A stretch of 63,818 bases of DNA, filler included, from Licmophora abbreviata (Eukaryota), in assembly GCA_900291995.1 (NCBI GenBank). It is 4 parts of 4 records of this genome, joined end to end, with 100 filler letters (N's around TTAATTAATTAA, not from the genome) between each part and the next. Parts side by side here need not be neighbours in the genome. Positions count along the whole stretch, not along the records: positions 1 to 28,488 come from OLMU01000383.1; positions 28,589 to 44,672 come from OLMU01000386.1; 2 more parts are not named here. One strand, written 5' to 3'. The notes below the pieces were generated by a model, which searched no databases, was not told the DNA's origin, and saw only the letters and a program-made list of their open reading frames with translations. Every line of letters starts with the position of its first letter. Position 1 is the stretch's first letter. This document shows positions 23,991 through 33,888 of this stretch, piece after piece. The position numbers and the translations under genes are program-made.

Positions 23991-24221
23991 AAAGCCTCAA
24001 CGACGGCCTACCGCTATCATATAATCTGATCGTCCAGAGGGATTTCCGCCAGGCCACAAAGAACTCCAGAAGCAGCAAATCTGATGTATCAGTGATAGAC
24101 GACCTGAAGGATCGAAACCTCAAAACGGATAAGCCGGCTCGGCACACTACAAAACATGGAGCACTCTAAAACATCGCGTAAGGGAAAGCGATCCATTATT
24201 CCCAATACTATTCCTACTGCA

Positions 24222-24902
24222 CTAAAAACTTCCACCATGATGGCTCGTTCGCATAGATGCCTGAATCGTACTTGCCGCATGGGTGGCAGCCGTCCTCGTC
24301 GTCGATCCAAGCCCCATGCACTTGTCGAGATGAGATGCGAAACGCAGGGTGCCGACGCGACGACCACAAATATGACAGAGTGCCAGGCGCTGCGGGTCTT
24401 CCTTTAACGGAATCTTGCCCCAAATGTCGAATTGGGAATTGCGTGGCGGCATGCTTGTAGCAGCGGCGGCATTGGAGGCCGGGTGGTTGTCGGATGGAGT
24501 CGGCGGCACCGACTCGCTCGTTGTGCCAGAAGCTGACTTGCTGCTGCAGTCATCATCCTGCATGGTGATATCTTCCGACTGCTCTTCTGGAAGTCGAATC
24601 GAATGACTTTTAGGAACGGTCGTCGCGTAGTAATCTAGCTTCTCCTGAACTTGTTCGTCGTTCTGGTACAGTGTTGGATACAGGTCTCGCCGAGATCGAG
24701 GAAGGGATGTGCCACCGGTGCCTCCTGTCTTGAAGAGGCGATGCGTTCCGCTGGCCACGTTGACACATGACTTGCTCACCACTTGGTCGTATATATGTTT
24801 ATCTGTGCCAGTTACAGAAGTCTGGTGCCGTTTCTGGTGCGAGGAGGTGTGCTGCTGCTCACTGGCTTCCCCCTGATCATTGTCACTCCGATTCGCAGTC
24901 AT
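24222..24902 (-). CDS. SGF11: SAGA deubiquitinase module subunit Sgf11/ATXN7L3-like
   Basis: DIWG followed by the zinc finger CHICGRRVGTLRFASHLDKCMG, the typical Sgf11 C2HC finger. Confidence 0.8.
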   Translation of the reverse strand: MTANRSDNDQGEASEQQHTSSHQKRHQTSVTGTDKHIYDQVVSKSCVNVASGTHRLFKTGGTGGTSLPRSRRDLYPTLYQNDEQVQEKLDYYATTVPKSHSIRLPEEQSEDITMQDDDCSSKSASGTTSESVPPTPSDNHPASNAAAATSMPPRNSQFDIWGKIPLKEDPQRLALCHICGRRVGTLRFASHLDKCMGLGSTTRTAATHAASTIQASMRTSHHGGSF

Positions 24903-25330
24903 GATTACGAAGAGTTCTGGGTCAATAATCTGATCAGACTAGAAAATGCATGTGCCATTGAGAGTAAGCTGGCTACTGGATCGATGACATGACTTCAAGG
25001 ACAAAGGAAGTAACAGTCGAGCGCAAGCAGATGTCGTAACCATCATGGTCGGCGCCGACGAGAAAAGTGAGAACGTGAGCGCGCGGTTTTCGAGAAGACC
25101 GACGTCCGTCCGTCTCATCTCCGCTCATGGCGCGCGTTGAAAATCATGTTTCGAAACGTCATCGCGACCATCACACGCACTGCATGGAGAGGAACAGACC
25201 ATGCTGATGGTGATGGCAATCTGCTCCCCTCGTCTCTGCCAGTCTCAATCTTCATAGACTGGAATCCGATCGTCAGATACGTTAACGAAAGAGCTCTCCT
25301 CTTCTACTGACTTAAGCAACAACGTCCATC

Positions 25331-26040
25331 ATGTCGTCGTCATCGATATCGACATCCTCGACGCTGCTACCTCCTCGATTGATTCGCCGCCGCAGTGCGG
25401 ATGGCGAAGATTCCACCATTGAATGCTCCATTCATACGTTACCAAAACCGCTACTTCGCGAATTCCAACACGTCTTTGGCGACAAGTACTTGCATTTTGA
25501 TGAACTTCATGATCACAGCAAGAAGGAGCTTTTGGCCATTCCGACCAATCAGCATGCCCGTGAGGATCTCGTGGCAGTGGGGGATCATATTGAACAAGAG
25601 AAGGATCGACTGCTCAATGTGGTAAGAGACGAGGGTCTAGTCTAGAGTAGCAACTAGACTATGATTGCTGTGCCTCGTGGAGCGATCGTGGACTATCCAT
25701 CTACCATCTTTCGCTCACACATCATGCGTAGTTCATTGACTTTGCTAGGGAATTCACCGAAAACCTTCGTTTACAAGGATACTGGGCAGACTTCATTGAT
25801 CCCTGTTCTGGACTGCCCATGCAGACCCTGAGCTGCAACAAGGTCTTTAGTGAATGCGATGCCCATGAAGTCTTGTTAAACTATCGTACATACAATGCCG
25901 GCTTTTGCAAAATCCTGACTCATCCCAAGTGGGGGAGTGCAGTGTACCCCGCTACCATCTTTTGCTATGCACCTCGCGATTTGGTCATTCAACTGATGCA
26001 AGACAAGTATGAGTCTGTGAGTGAAGTGGGAATAAAGTAG
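25331..26040 (+). CDS. MMADHC: Cobalamin trafficking protein CblD/MMADHC-like (exons 25331-25621, 25732-26040)
   Basis: EQEKDRLL, GYWADFIDPCSGLP, GFCKILTHPKWGSAVYPATIF. The intron is in phase. Confidence 0.85.
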
Positions 26041-26136
26041 GGTATAGCTGGTGGCGGTCGCAACAAAGTTCTTGGTATGCTACTAGTAGTACCCATTGTT
26101 TCTGCGAAGCCTATGCTCCTGTATATATAAACAATT

Positions 26137-26751
26137 CTACGAAAACAGGTGTTGTGTCATGAGGGCATAGAAGTCGTCCGGTCCCACTCGTCCATCCCCA
26201 TCTGAATCCGCCCGCCGAATCATTTCTTCCAGTTCTGCCTCCGTCATGCCTTCGCCGAGTTCGCTCGCCACGCGCTGTAAGTCCTGCAGCGTCAGATATC
26301 CTTGTCGATTGACATCGAAAAGATCGAATACACGTCGTACGTCCTGTGGGTCGTTGCAATGACTGAGACCATCGCCTGAGGAAGACCGATTGAAACTGAG
26401 AAGGTCCGTGAAAGCTGGCAGGTCTAGAGGCTCGTCCTGTTGTTCGAGGAGAGCTAAGAAGTCCTCAATCATCTCCTTGGTATGAGTCGGCATGCTTTCA
26501 AGACTGGACACGACTCGACTGAGCTCCTGTGGATCAATGACGCCCTTTCCCTCTACGTCAAAGAGACGAAAAGCATCTTCCATTTGCTGCTGTTCGGCGA
26601 CCGTCAGCATTGACCGCCTGCTGTAGGCGCTTTGCCTGTTTTCGGACGTTCGTTGGAGAGACTGAAACACAAAACAATGGAGACACGTGGGTGAGGTTAG
26701 GGAAATCTACAGACAAGAGAGAGAGAAAGGCTTCAGCAGCAAACGCACCAT
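26137..26751 (-). CDS. Centrin-like EF-hand protein; probable ATG-only first exon (26751-26749) plus exon 26661-26137
   Basis: EAF-like DAFRLFDVEGKGVID, FDLFDVNRQGYLT, LQRVASELGEGMTEAELEEMIRRADSDGDGRV. ATG|gtgcgt...tttcag|TCT is in frame. Confidence 0.8.
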
Positions 26752-26836
26752 GGTCGTTTGTCTATCGTGTCGAATCGAATCAATCATGGTCGATCCCGAT
26801 GAGCGAGACGTCCGCGCCATTTTTTTCAAACGAAAG

Positions 26837-26846
26837 ATGACGTCAT
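26837..26846. promoter_or_regulatory. Palindromic CRE/CCRE-like bZIP site ATGACGTCAT in a divergent promoter
   Basis: Perfect 10-bp palindrome between the divergent centrin-like and small plastid protein genes. Function is inferred only. Confidence 0.4.
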
Positions 26847-26943
26847 ACGTGAGGTGGATGCGAACCCCACGGCGGGCAGGCTCCCTCTTCATCGCGCCGC
26901 CGCGCGTGCGTGTTTCTTTTTCACTTTTTCCCGCGCTCCAACC

Positions 26944-27345
26944 ATGAGGATGACTTGCCGCGCCTTCCCTTTGCGCCGCCTCTTGGCCGTCATCGCGGTG
27001 CTGCTACCTATTCTATCTAATGCCTTTGTTGCTCCTTCGCATCGTCAGTCCCTGTCGAAACAGTCGCCGTGTCGCAGAATGAATCCTGTGTTTGTCAAGC
27101 CCAAGGGTCAAAACAACTTGATAAACAAGAAGCGTCGCGAGCAGTTGGGAATCAATGATGACGAAGACGAGTACGATCTCTACTTTGCATTAGATCAGAA
27201 TACTGACCCCTTGATTACCAAGGTGATTGCAGGATCGTTCATCGTGGTCATCATCGGACTGTTAGTGGCGGGAATCATTGTTCCTTCCCTGACAGACTAT
27301 GGCGAAGGCGTGTGCAATCCTCTGTTAACTTCAGGAAGGTGTTGA
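26944..27345 (+). CDS. Small predicted plastid membrane protein of unknown function
   Basis: Signal peptide ending LSNA-FVAP, a transit-like region, a single C-terminal TM helix (VIAGSFIVVIIGLLVAGIIVP) and a CNPLLTSGRC terminus. Confidence 0.7.
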   Translation: MRMTCRAFPLRRLLAVIAVLLPILSNAFVAPSHRQSLSKQSPCRRMNPVFVKPKGQNNLINKKRREQLGINDDEDEYDLYFALDQNTDPLITKVIAGSFIVVIIGLLVAGIIVPSLTDYGEGVCNPLLTSGRC

Positions 27346-27426
27346 CACGTGTTATGTATCACATGTAGCGCAGCGAAAGACGCAAGGCAGGGAGATAAGA
27401 AATTGCCTTATAATACACAACCTAGT

Positions 27427-28428
27427 CTACTCCAGCCCACACACGTCTAGATTCGTCAATGCCCCACCATACAAGGCGGTGGTTTTCACCTTTTCCCGTC
27501 GTTCCAAGAACGCGTTGTATCCTTCAAATTGGTTTAGCTGGGTCGATGTCATTGGATTTCCATGCAAGTTGAGATCAATGAGTGGCGTGTTGGTAAAGAG
27601 CGACGCTGGCAGCGGTTGTGGGTGCTTGGTAGAAAAGTTCGTTGTCGACACGGATATTTGATTCTGCTTCAAGGACAAACTCTTGAGTTTAGTCAGCGCT
27701 CCGATCGCTTCTGGCAATGACACAATCATGTTGTGATCCAAGTTGAGCTCATTTAGATTCACCAAGACGGCAATTTCGACGGGCACACTGGCCAGCTGAT
27801 TGTGCGACAGATCGAGTTTCTCCAATTTGACCATGGACTTTTGACAGATGGGACGTGGGACATACGAAAGAAAGTTGGAATCCAGTTTCAACTGTTTCAG
27901 TGAGGGCGGAAGTGAAGAGGGAATGGCTTCCGGCGATTTTGTCTTTGGTGGGGTGGTGGTTATTCCACCGGTAGGAATAGGCTTGCCTAGGCGATTACCA
28001 CCTGCCGATAGCATCTGCAGTTTGGTCAATGACGCGAGTGGGGCCAGCGACCCAGCTACAAGATGATTATCGTCACAGTTAAAGGATTTCAGAGCCTTGA
28101 GGGTCGAAAGGTAGGGATGAAGTTGCTTCAGATGGTTTTTCGAGACGTCCAATGTCCGCAGAGTCGTAATTCTGTGAGCGCGTTCGACGATGAGAGAGCG
28201 GGATCACATACAGTCAAACTGTGAGTGACGCAGTCATCATTGCGTTTAGACGATCCAGTTTTGAAATCAGGCTGTCTCCCATACTTACAGAAACACAGCA
28301 TCGGGTATCTCTTCGAGCTTGTGCTCGCGAAGCGACAAGACTGACGTCTTTTTGGCATTCTCGAGCTTCTGGTGAACCACCTTGCGGCCAGTCTTATTTT
28401 TCGGAGTTGACGATCCGACGTTTCCCAT
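27427..28428 (-). CDS. LRRC57: Leucine-rich repeat protein, LRRC57-like (exons 28428-28289, 28171-27427)
   Basis: MGNVGS (possible N-myristoylation), KLENAKKTSVLSL, multiple LxxLxLxxN repeats, C-terminal LHGNP..FEGYNAFLER. The intron is in phase. Confidence 0.75.
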
Positions 28429-28488
28429 GTTCGCAAATCTAGAGTGACTTAAATTGAATGTAGAGTCGTCTGAGAGGGCACGGGGGGG

Positions 28489-28588
28489 NNNNNNNNNNNN
28501 NNNNNNNNNNNNNNNNNNNNNNNNNNNNNNNNTTAATTAATTAANNNNNNNNNNNNNNNNNNNNNNNNNNNNNNNNNNNNNNNNNNNN
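28489..28588. other. Scaffold gap: 44 N + TTAATTAATTAA + 44 N (artificial)
   Basis: An identical 100-nt cassette appears three times; the linker gives stops in all six frames. Confidence 0.97.
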
Positions 28589-30940
28589 CGAAGATGGCCA
28601 CGTTGAGACTCGTGCGGATTCTGGTGGATACCGACGCGAATGCCGTTGCCCAGTCGACGGAGAGTAAAGGGGCGAGTAAGCTGGTCCGACGATGTGTCGG
28701 GAGTTCCGTCAGTAAAACGGCCACCAGTCCACTCCGCCGGGCTCTCTTGAAGGGCCTTTGCAATCTCCTCTTCCGAAATGAGAGTGTGCGGAACGACGAC
28801 ATCTTCTTCTGGCTCTACAGGAATCTGACATGCCTCGTAGATCGTCTTCACCAGGCTGTCTTCGTCGCAGTAGTCGGGGCCGCTCGTGCTTGCAGTTTTG
28901 GGAGAGCAAGCTACCGCGATGGAGACACCTACCGCCTCGTCACTTCCATTCTTGAAGTTGGTAATGTGAGAGCAAAGCTCAGAAGCCGCTTCATTAACAT
29001 CTTCCAAAGTGAGAGTCTGCAGTGCCTTCGCCGTTATCTGGTACGATTGCATGGGCGACATAAACACATGCCCATTTGCCACGGTTTCCATCAGGTACGA
29101 AAGCTGGTCACCGTGACTGATTCGATCGCCCTGGGCGGCGAGCTGTTCGGCATCTGTCATGAGAGATGAGGCATAACGTTCCATCTCGCCAGGCGTGACA
29201 CCATACAGTCCCAACTTGCGGATTTCCGACAGGGATTTGGAAATGGCATCTCTCCACCTGTTGGGTTCAGCAGTCATGTCCAAACTGCAAACGGCGCATC
29301 CTTCGCGTGCTGAATCAAGTTGGTTGAACTCAACAAAGGTGAAAGCAGGATCATCGCTGCGTCCACCGACGTTCAAGCGAATCTGTAGAGCCGCTAGAGC
29401 GATTCGACGAGCCAAGCTTCGACGAAATGATTTCAAATCAGCCACTGGTTCCACAGGGCGTTTTGAAAACAAGTGCAAGGAGAACGACTGTAGCAGCTCG
29501 TGCCTGGTAAAAGAGAAAGAGAATACACATTGATGAGTCTAGGGCCAAATCCTTAAAAAGACGTAGCATGCGCCTGGCTTGGCTTACCTAAAGATGTGAG
29601 GGCGAATTTTCTTTCCTGGTGCAACCTCTTCTGTGTGCAGCATCGCAACCTTGTCATCGAGCGGCATGGGTTTCTGAAGCTGAATATCATAAACGCCTTC
29701 ATGGTCTTGTTTGACCAGATTCTCATCGATCTCCAAGTCCTTCGGTACACACCAGTCATGAATGACCGGGGGGTAGTGCCAACTCTGTGCTGACTTTACG
29801 GTTCCGTCAACTAGGCATCTGCCAGATCGCTCGCCTCCGCTTTGAGCTCCGGAATGCTCATCTCCGTCGCCTGCTTCTCAGCACTCAAATGTCCAAACTT
29901 TTCGGCAATCACTTTTTCGGCTTCTTCCGCATCGATGTCTCCTACCAGGTAGAGCAACACATTGTCGGGGCGATAGTGTGTACGATGCCACGTGCGGACA
30001 TCGTCTCCGGTCCAGCTCCGAATTAGACTTTCTTTTCCAATCGGAAATCGCTTAGCCAATCGGTTTTCACGATGCAATGTGGACAGAATCTGACATTCTA
30101 CTCGATACTCGATCGTATTTACCATGGTCATCTCAGACAAGACTGCAGCCCGTTCCTTTTCAAGTCGCGAACTTTCTACACGAGCCTCCATGACATCCAC
30201 CAGCGCATCCAACGCCATGGGTAACATCTGGACGTTGCCACGCGGTGTTTTTACGGGACAAGCAGCATAAAATACCGTGTGATGAAAGTCAGTATATGCG
30301 TTCGTTTGCGAACCGGTGCCAAAGAGACGTTCTCGCTTGCGGGAGCCCATGTATGCCACGTGTTCTGTCAAGTGAGCAATCCCCTGCTGTGGCTCCAACT
30401 CGTCGGCTAGAGAGGTAGAATGACAGATGGAAAGGTGAGAACTAAGGTCATCAAGTCGTCCTGTTCTCGTATTTTCACTAGATTGTCGCATATGTCCGTA
30501 CCTGACCCCGAGAAAACCTGCAAGTGGGCTTCGAAACGTCCAGGAGGACTCTTGTTCGGTAGGATAACGTATGGAAGACCATTGTCCAGAGTGCCGCTTC
30601 GAACATCAGGGTGCATCGGAAGCTGTTCCGAAAACTCAACAGAGAACTTCTTCATCTCCGGTCCCTTCTTTTCAAGACAGTTCAGAGGCGAAATGTGGGG
30701 TCGGACACTGGGGTGGGGCTCCAAGCTTGCGCCCTTCTTTCCTCTAAGTGAGGTTGCCTTATTGCCACCAAACAGATTTCCCAAAGAAAATTCCTTGTTT
30801 GCCTGCATCACCATCGGATCCCTTCTCCTCAGCTGCTGCTGTGTTGTCACAGGCTTGGAGGCTCCCCATGGTTTCAGAGAATACGCCGCTGTGAGCTGCA
30901 ACAGGGCGGCGGCAGCGAGAGAAACGGCGATGATCCTCAT
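28589..30940 (-). CDS. SPP: Stromal processing peptidase (M16 metalloprotease), 3'-truncated by gap, with an apparent frameshift near 29813
   Basis: Signal peptide ending LTAA-YSL; GTLDNGLPYVILPNKSPPGRFEAHL; inverted zinc motif AHLTEH; NAYTDFHHTVF; RFPIGKE; RLGNGIRV. Introns 30407-30501 and 29504-29587. Confidence 0.88.
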
Positions 30941-31453
30941 TCTTAAATCTGATAACTTCCCAGATTTCGAAATCAGTAAGAGTCAGCTCGTCACAATTGA
31001 ATTTGTTCTTTCACACAATCGCGAACTGCTGTCTTCTGCCTCTCAGAATCAGATCACAAGGATATTGACAAGGGCAACAAGGGCATCACTTCTGTTGAAG
31101 ATCGTCATCCGTGAACTCAAAACTTGCCGATCGCTGCAGATGTTCTGTGTGTGTCTGTGGTCCTCGCGCATGTCATGGCATGCACGTAGAAATGTACTGA
31201 TTCCTCTGTAGAACCAAGTCACACGAGCGACGGGCAAACAGAACGCATGACAACACGGACGGAGAGCGGACGGAGATGCGTGGAACCCCAAGTCGGACAT
31301 CATTAGAATTGACTGTGTAACTGCTCTGCTATCCACGACCATTCGCACTGCAATCTGCATCTATAGCTTACTACCATGCCAGTCACAGTGCATAGCAAAT
31401 TAATTCTACAGTAGAACTGGATTGAGAAAGGTTCTCAAAAAGGAAAGCGCTGT

Positions 31454-32380
31454 TCAGGCTTTCTCTTGCGACTCCTGAGGTCCTCGCCAGTTGACAATGC
31501 TCTCTCGTTCGCGCTCCGACATTTTGGTAACCGTCCAGTGAGCCCACAACAACGCTCCGATATCATAAAAGGCATGGCAGGCAATCGGAACCACCAAGTT
31601 GTCAGTGGAACTGTATAAAAATCCGAAGAAGATGCTCGCCCCTGTCGCCAACGCAGCATACAATGGTGTGACAGCATGTAGCGCTCCAAAAACAATCGAA
31701 GAAATTCCAATGGCCCAAATGGGATCCATCAACCGTGTTGCGAGTTCGTACTGTAAGACTCCCCGAAACAAGAGTTCTTCTCCGATCCCTGCAGCCAGTC
31801 CCAGGGTCGCAGATGCGAGGAGCGCGAAGATTGGTTTGAAGGTGCCACCCAACAGTGCAATCACGCTACGCTGCGTCGCCTTCGTGACATCCTGCAAAGC
31901 AGGGAATCGATCTTCAATCGTATCCAGCAGTCCTGCGAGGGCAAACAATGGAATGGTGTACAAACTGCCTTGTAGCAGGGCACTCGACGAGAAGATGATA
32001 TCAGGTCCAAACCCTAGATTTGGTGTCTTGAGGGCCAATGCGGCAATAAAGGCAAAAACGATAAGTATGCATTGTCCCCCAATCAAGGTGAGAGTAGTTC
32101 TTCCGTTGAAAAGTGGGTCTTCCTCTGGTTGAGCCGATAGCTGTAGCACTTTTTTGTAGTCCGAGGCTTGAGTCACTGCGTTCCTGTCGTGGCCTGTCGT
32201 CAGTCGACCTGCACTTGATCTCGTCCAACATGGCGAGGGCCTTCGGTGGACTCTGATATAAGATCTTGGGCTCAAATTTGCTGCCCCGTGCGAAAAACCG
32301 TGACTATTCTGTGATACGAAGAGCAACAAGAACAAAATCTGAACCAATGTTCGAATGGAAAGACGGCATGGCTTGGTCAT
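31454..32380 (-). CDS. CPBP (Abi/CAAX protease-like) intramembrane metalloprotease, predicted plastid-targeted
   Basis: GIGEELLFRG, FGALH and CHAFYD motifs. Signal peptide ending SHG-FSH. Confidence 0.87.
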   Translation of the reverse strand: MTKPCRLSIRTLVQILFLLLFVSQNSHGFSHGAANLSPRSYIRVHRRPSPCWTRSSAGRLTTGHDRNAVTQASDYKKVLQLSAQPEEDPLFNGRTTLTLIGGQCILIVFAFIAALALKTPNLGFGPDIIFSSSALLQGSLYTIPLFALAGLLDTIEDRFPALQDVTKATQRSVIALLGGTFKPIFALLASATLGLAAGIGEELLFRGVLQYELATRLMDPIWAIGISSIVFGALHAVTPLYAALATGASIFFGFLYSSTDNLVVPIACHAFYDIGALLWAHWTVTKMSERERESIVNWRGPQESQEKA

Positions 32381-32533
32381 GGTTCTTTCACTGGTTTCAG
32401 CAGGCCTAAATAGACGGCTTCAAGGCAACAGTTCAGTTTCAAGGCAACATGGTCGTCGGTTGTCGCCTCGTCATTTTGTGCTGGCGTATTTTTCTTTTGT
32501 TTTTCGCAGCCTGTTTCGTCTGCATAAGTACCG

Positions 32534-32543
32534 ATGACGTCAT
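32534..32543. promoter_or_regulatory. Palindromic CRE/CCRE-like bZIP site ATGACGTCAT in a divergent promoter
   Basis: Second copy of the palindrome, midway between two divergent plastid-targeted genes. Function is inferred only. Confidence 0.4.
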
Positions 32544-32681
32544 TACATCTATGGAATCCGGAGTTTGAGATGACGATATCTTCTACATTTACGAAAGATC
32601 GAAAGATGCAAGATCGTCCGACGCCCGCGCCATGAGCCATCACAATCGAAGATACGCCACGCCGCGCACTGGACACCGACC

Positions 32682-33637
32682 ATGACGAAGAATGGCCGCT
32701 TGGGGCGCTTTGCGCTCATTGTCTTGGCATCCGTGGCCGGAACATCGGCATTCGCTCCTCGAATGAGCCTCCGAAAGGCTCCGTTGGCTTCCAAAACTCA
32801 GTTTTCATTGCCCAAGCCGGACGTCGAATCCACCACCGATCCGACGTTGCTGCCGCGTCCATTCGCCGTTGTTTTCGATGACTCCAAAGCTCTCTTGGCG
32901 ACAGCAGCTGGTGTGACGCCAGCTCTCATGGCACTCTTTTCCTCCTTGCCAGCCGATGCCGCAGATGGAGGCTCCTTCTTCCCGATTGCCAGCGCCCTTG
33001 TGGCTTACGTGCACTACGCATCCCTTCTGGTGACTGCTGGCTGTCTCGTGACCGAACGCATCACGGTCAAGCCTGACATGACCGAGGAGGAAGAGAAACG
33101 CCTTGTCTTTGCTGACTCCATATATGGCGTGGCTGGTCTCGCTCTGGCAGTTTCGGGATATTATCGTGTCACGGAGTATGGAAAGGGCCTTAACTTCTAT
33201 TTGAACGAGCCTATCTTTTGGGTCAAGATGATCCTGGTGGCTGGTAAGTAGAGCACTAGTGTCTTTGAAATATCTGGAAACGTCGCTCAGGACCAACCAA
33301 TGTGCCCTCTCGCTCTTTAGTGTGGGGTGCATCGTCTTTCTTTCCGACGGCAATCATTATCAAACGAGCTGTGGAAGAGCGTTCAACGGGAACCTTCCCT
33401 CCCATGTCGGAAAAATTGGCGAGTCGTATGACGTCGGTGATCAATGCGGAGCTGCTTGCACTTGGAACCATGCCATTGGCGGCTACATTGATGTCACGAG
33501 GTGTCTTGTACACAGAGTCGATTCCTTGGCAAGCAGGCGCATCGGTTACAGCGCTGACGCTGGGAGGATTGGGATTCAAGTACATCAGAGAGGCGCTTTC
33601 TTGGAAAGAGGACAATCCGGTGGAAGCCCAAGATTAA
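32682..33637 (+). CDS. DUF2214-family membrane protein, predicted plastid-targeted (exons 32682-33243, 33321-33637)
   Basis: TSA-FAP motif; AYVHYAS, ADSIYG, SGYYRVTEYGKG..FYLNEPIFWVKM, SFFPT, PLAATLMSRG. Confidence 0.83.
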
Positions 33638-33888
33638 GATCATCGTAAAATCAGCCAGAGAAAGACCGTTCTTCGGCCTTAGCTACGGTAGCCGAATGAA
33701 TCAGATCACCGCATTGAACAGAAGCTCATTAGTCGTCAGTCCGTCGGTCAAGTCGAGCTCCCAATACGAGCTCTCTGTTGAGCTCCGAGGATCGCACTTC
33801 AAGCGCCACACAAGAACCGAGAGGCGCGCGTTTTCTTGTCTCCACTCGATCCCGCTTTTCTCAGTAAGCGTTGTAGGTTGTAGACACG

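Noticed and set aside
28533..28544. TTAATTAATTAA repeated at 28533, 44717 and 59837 as a biological repeat or TTAA transposon target site
   Set aside because: Always centred in exactly 44 N + 44 N. It is an artificial all-frame-stop scaffold linker.
30420..31211. 263-aa plus-strand ORF
   Set aside because: Antisense to SPP exon 1 and its promoter, with no recognisable domain.
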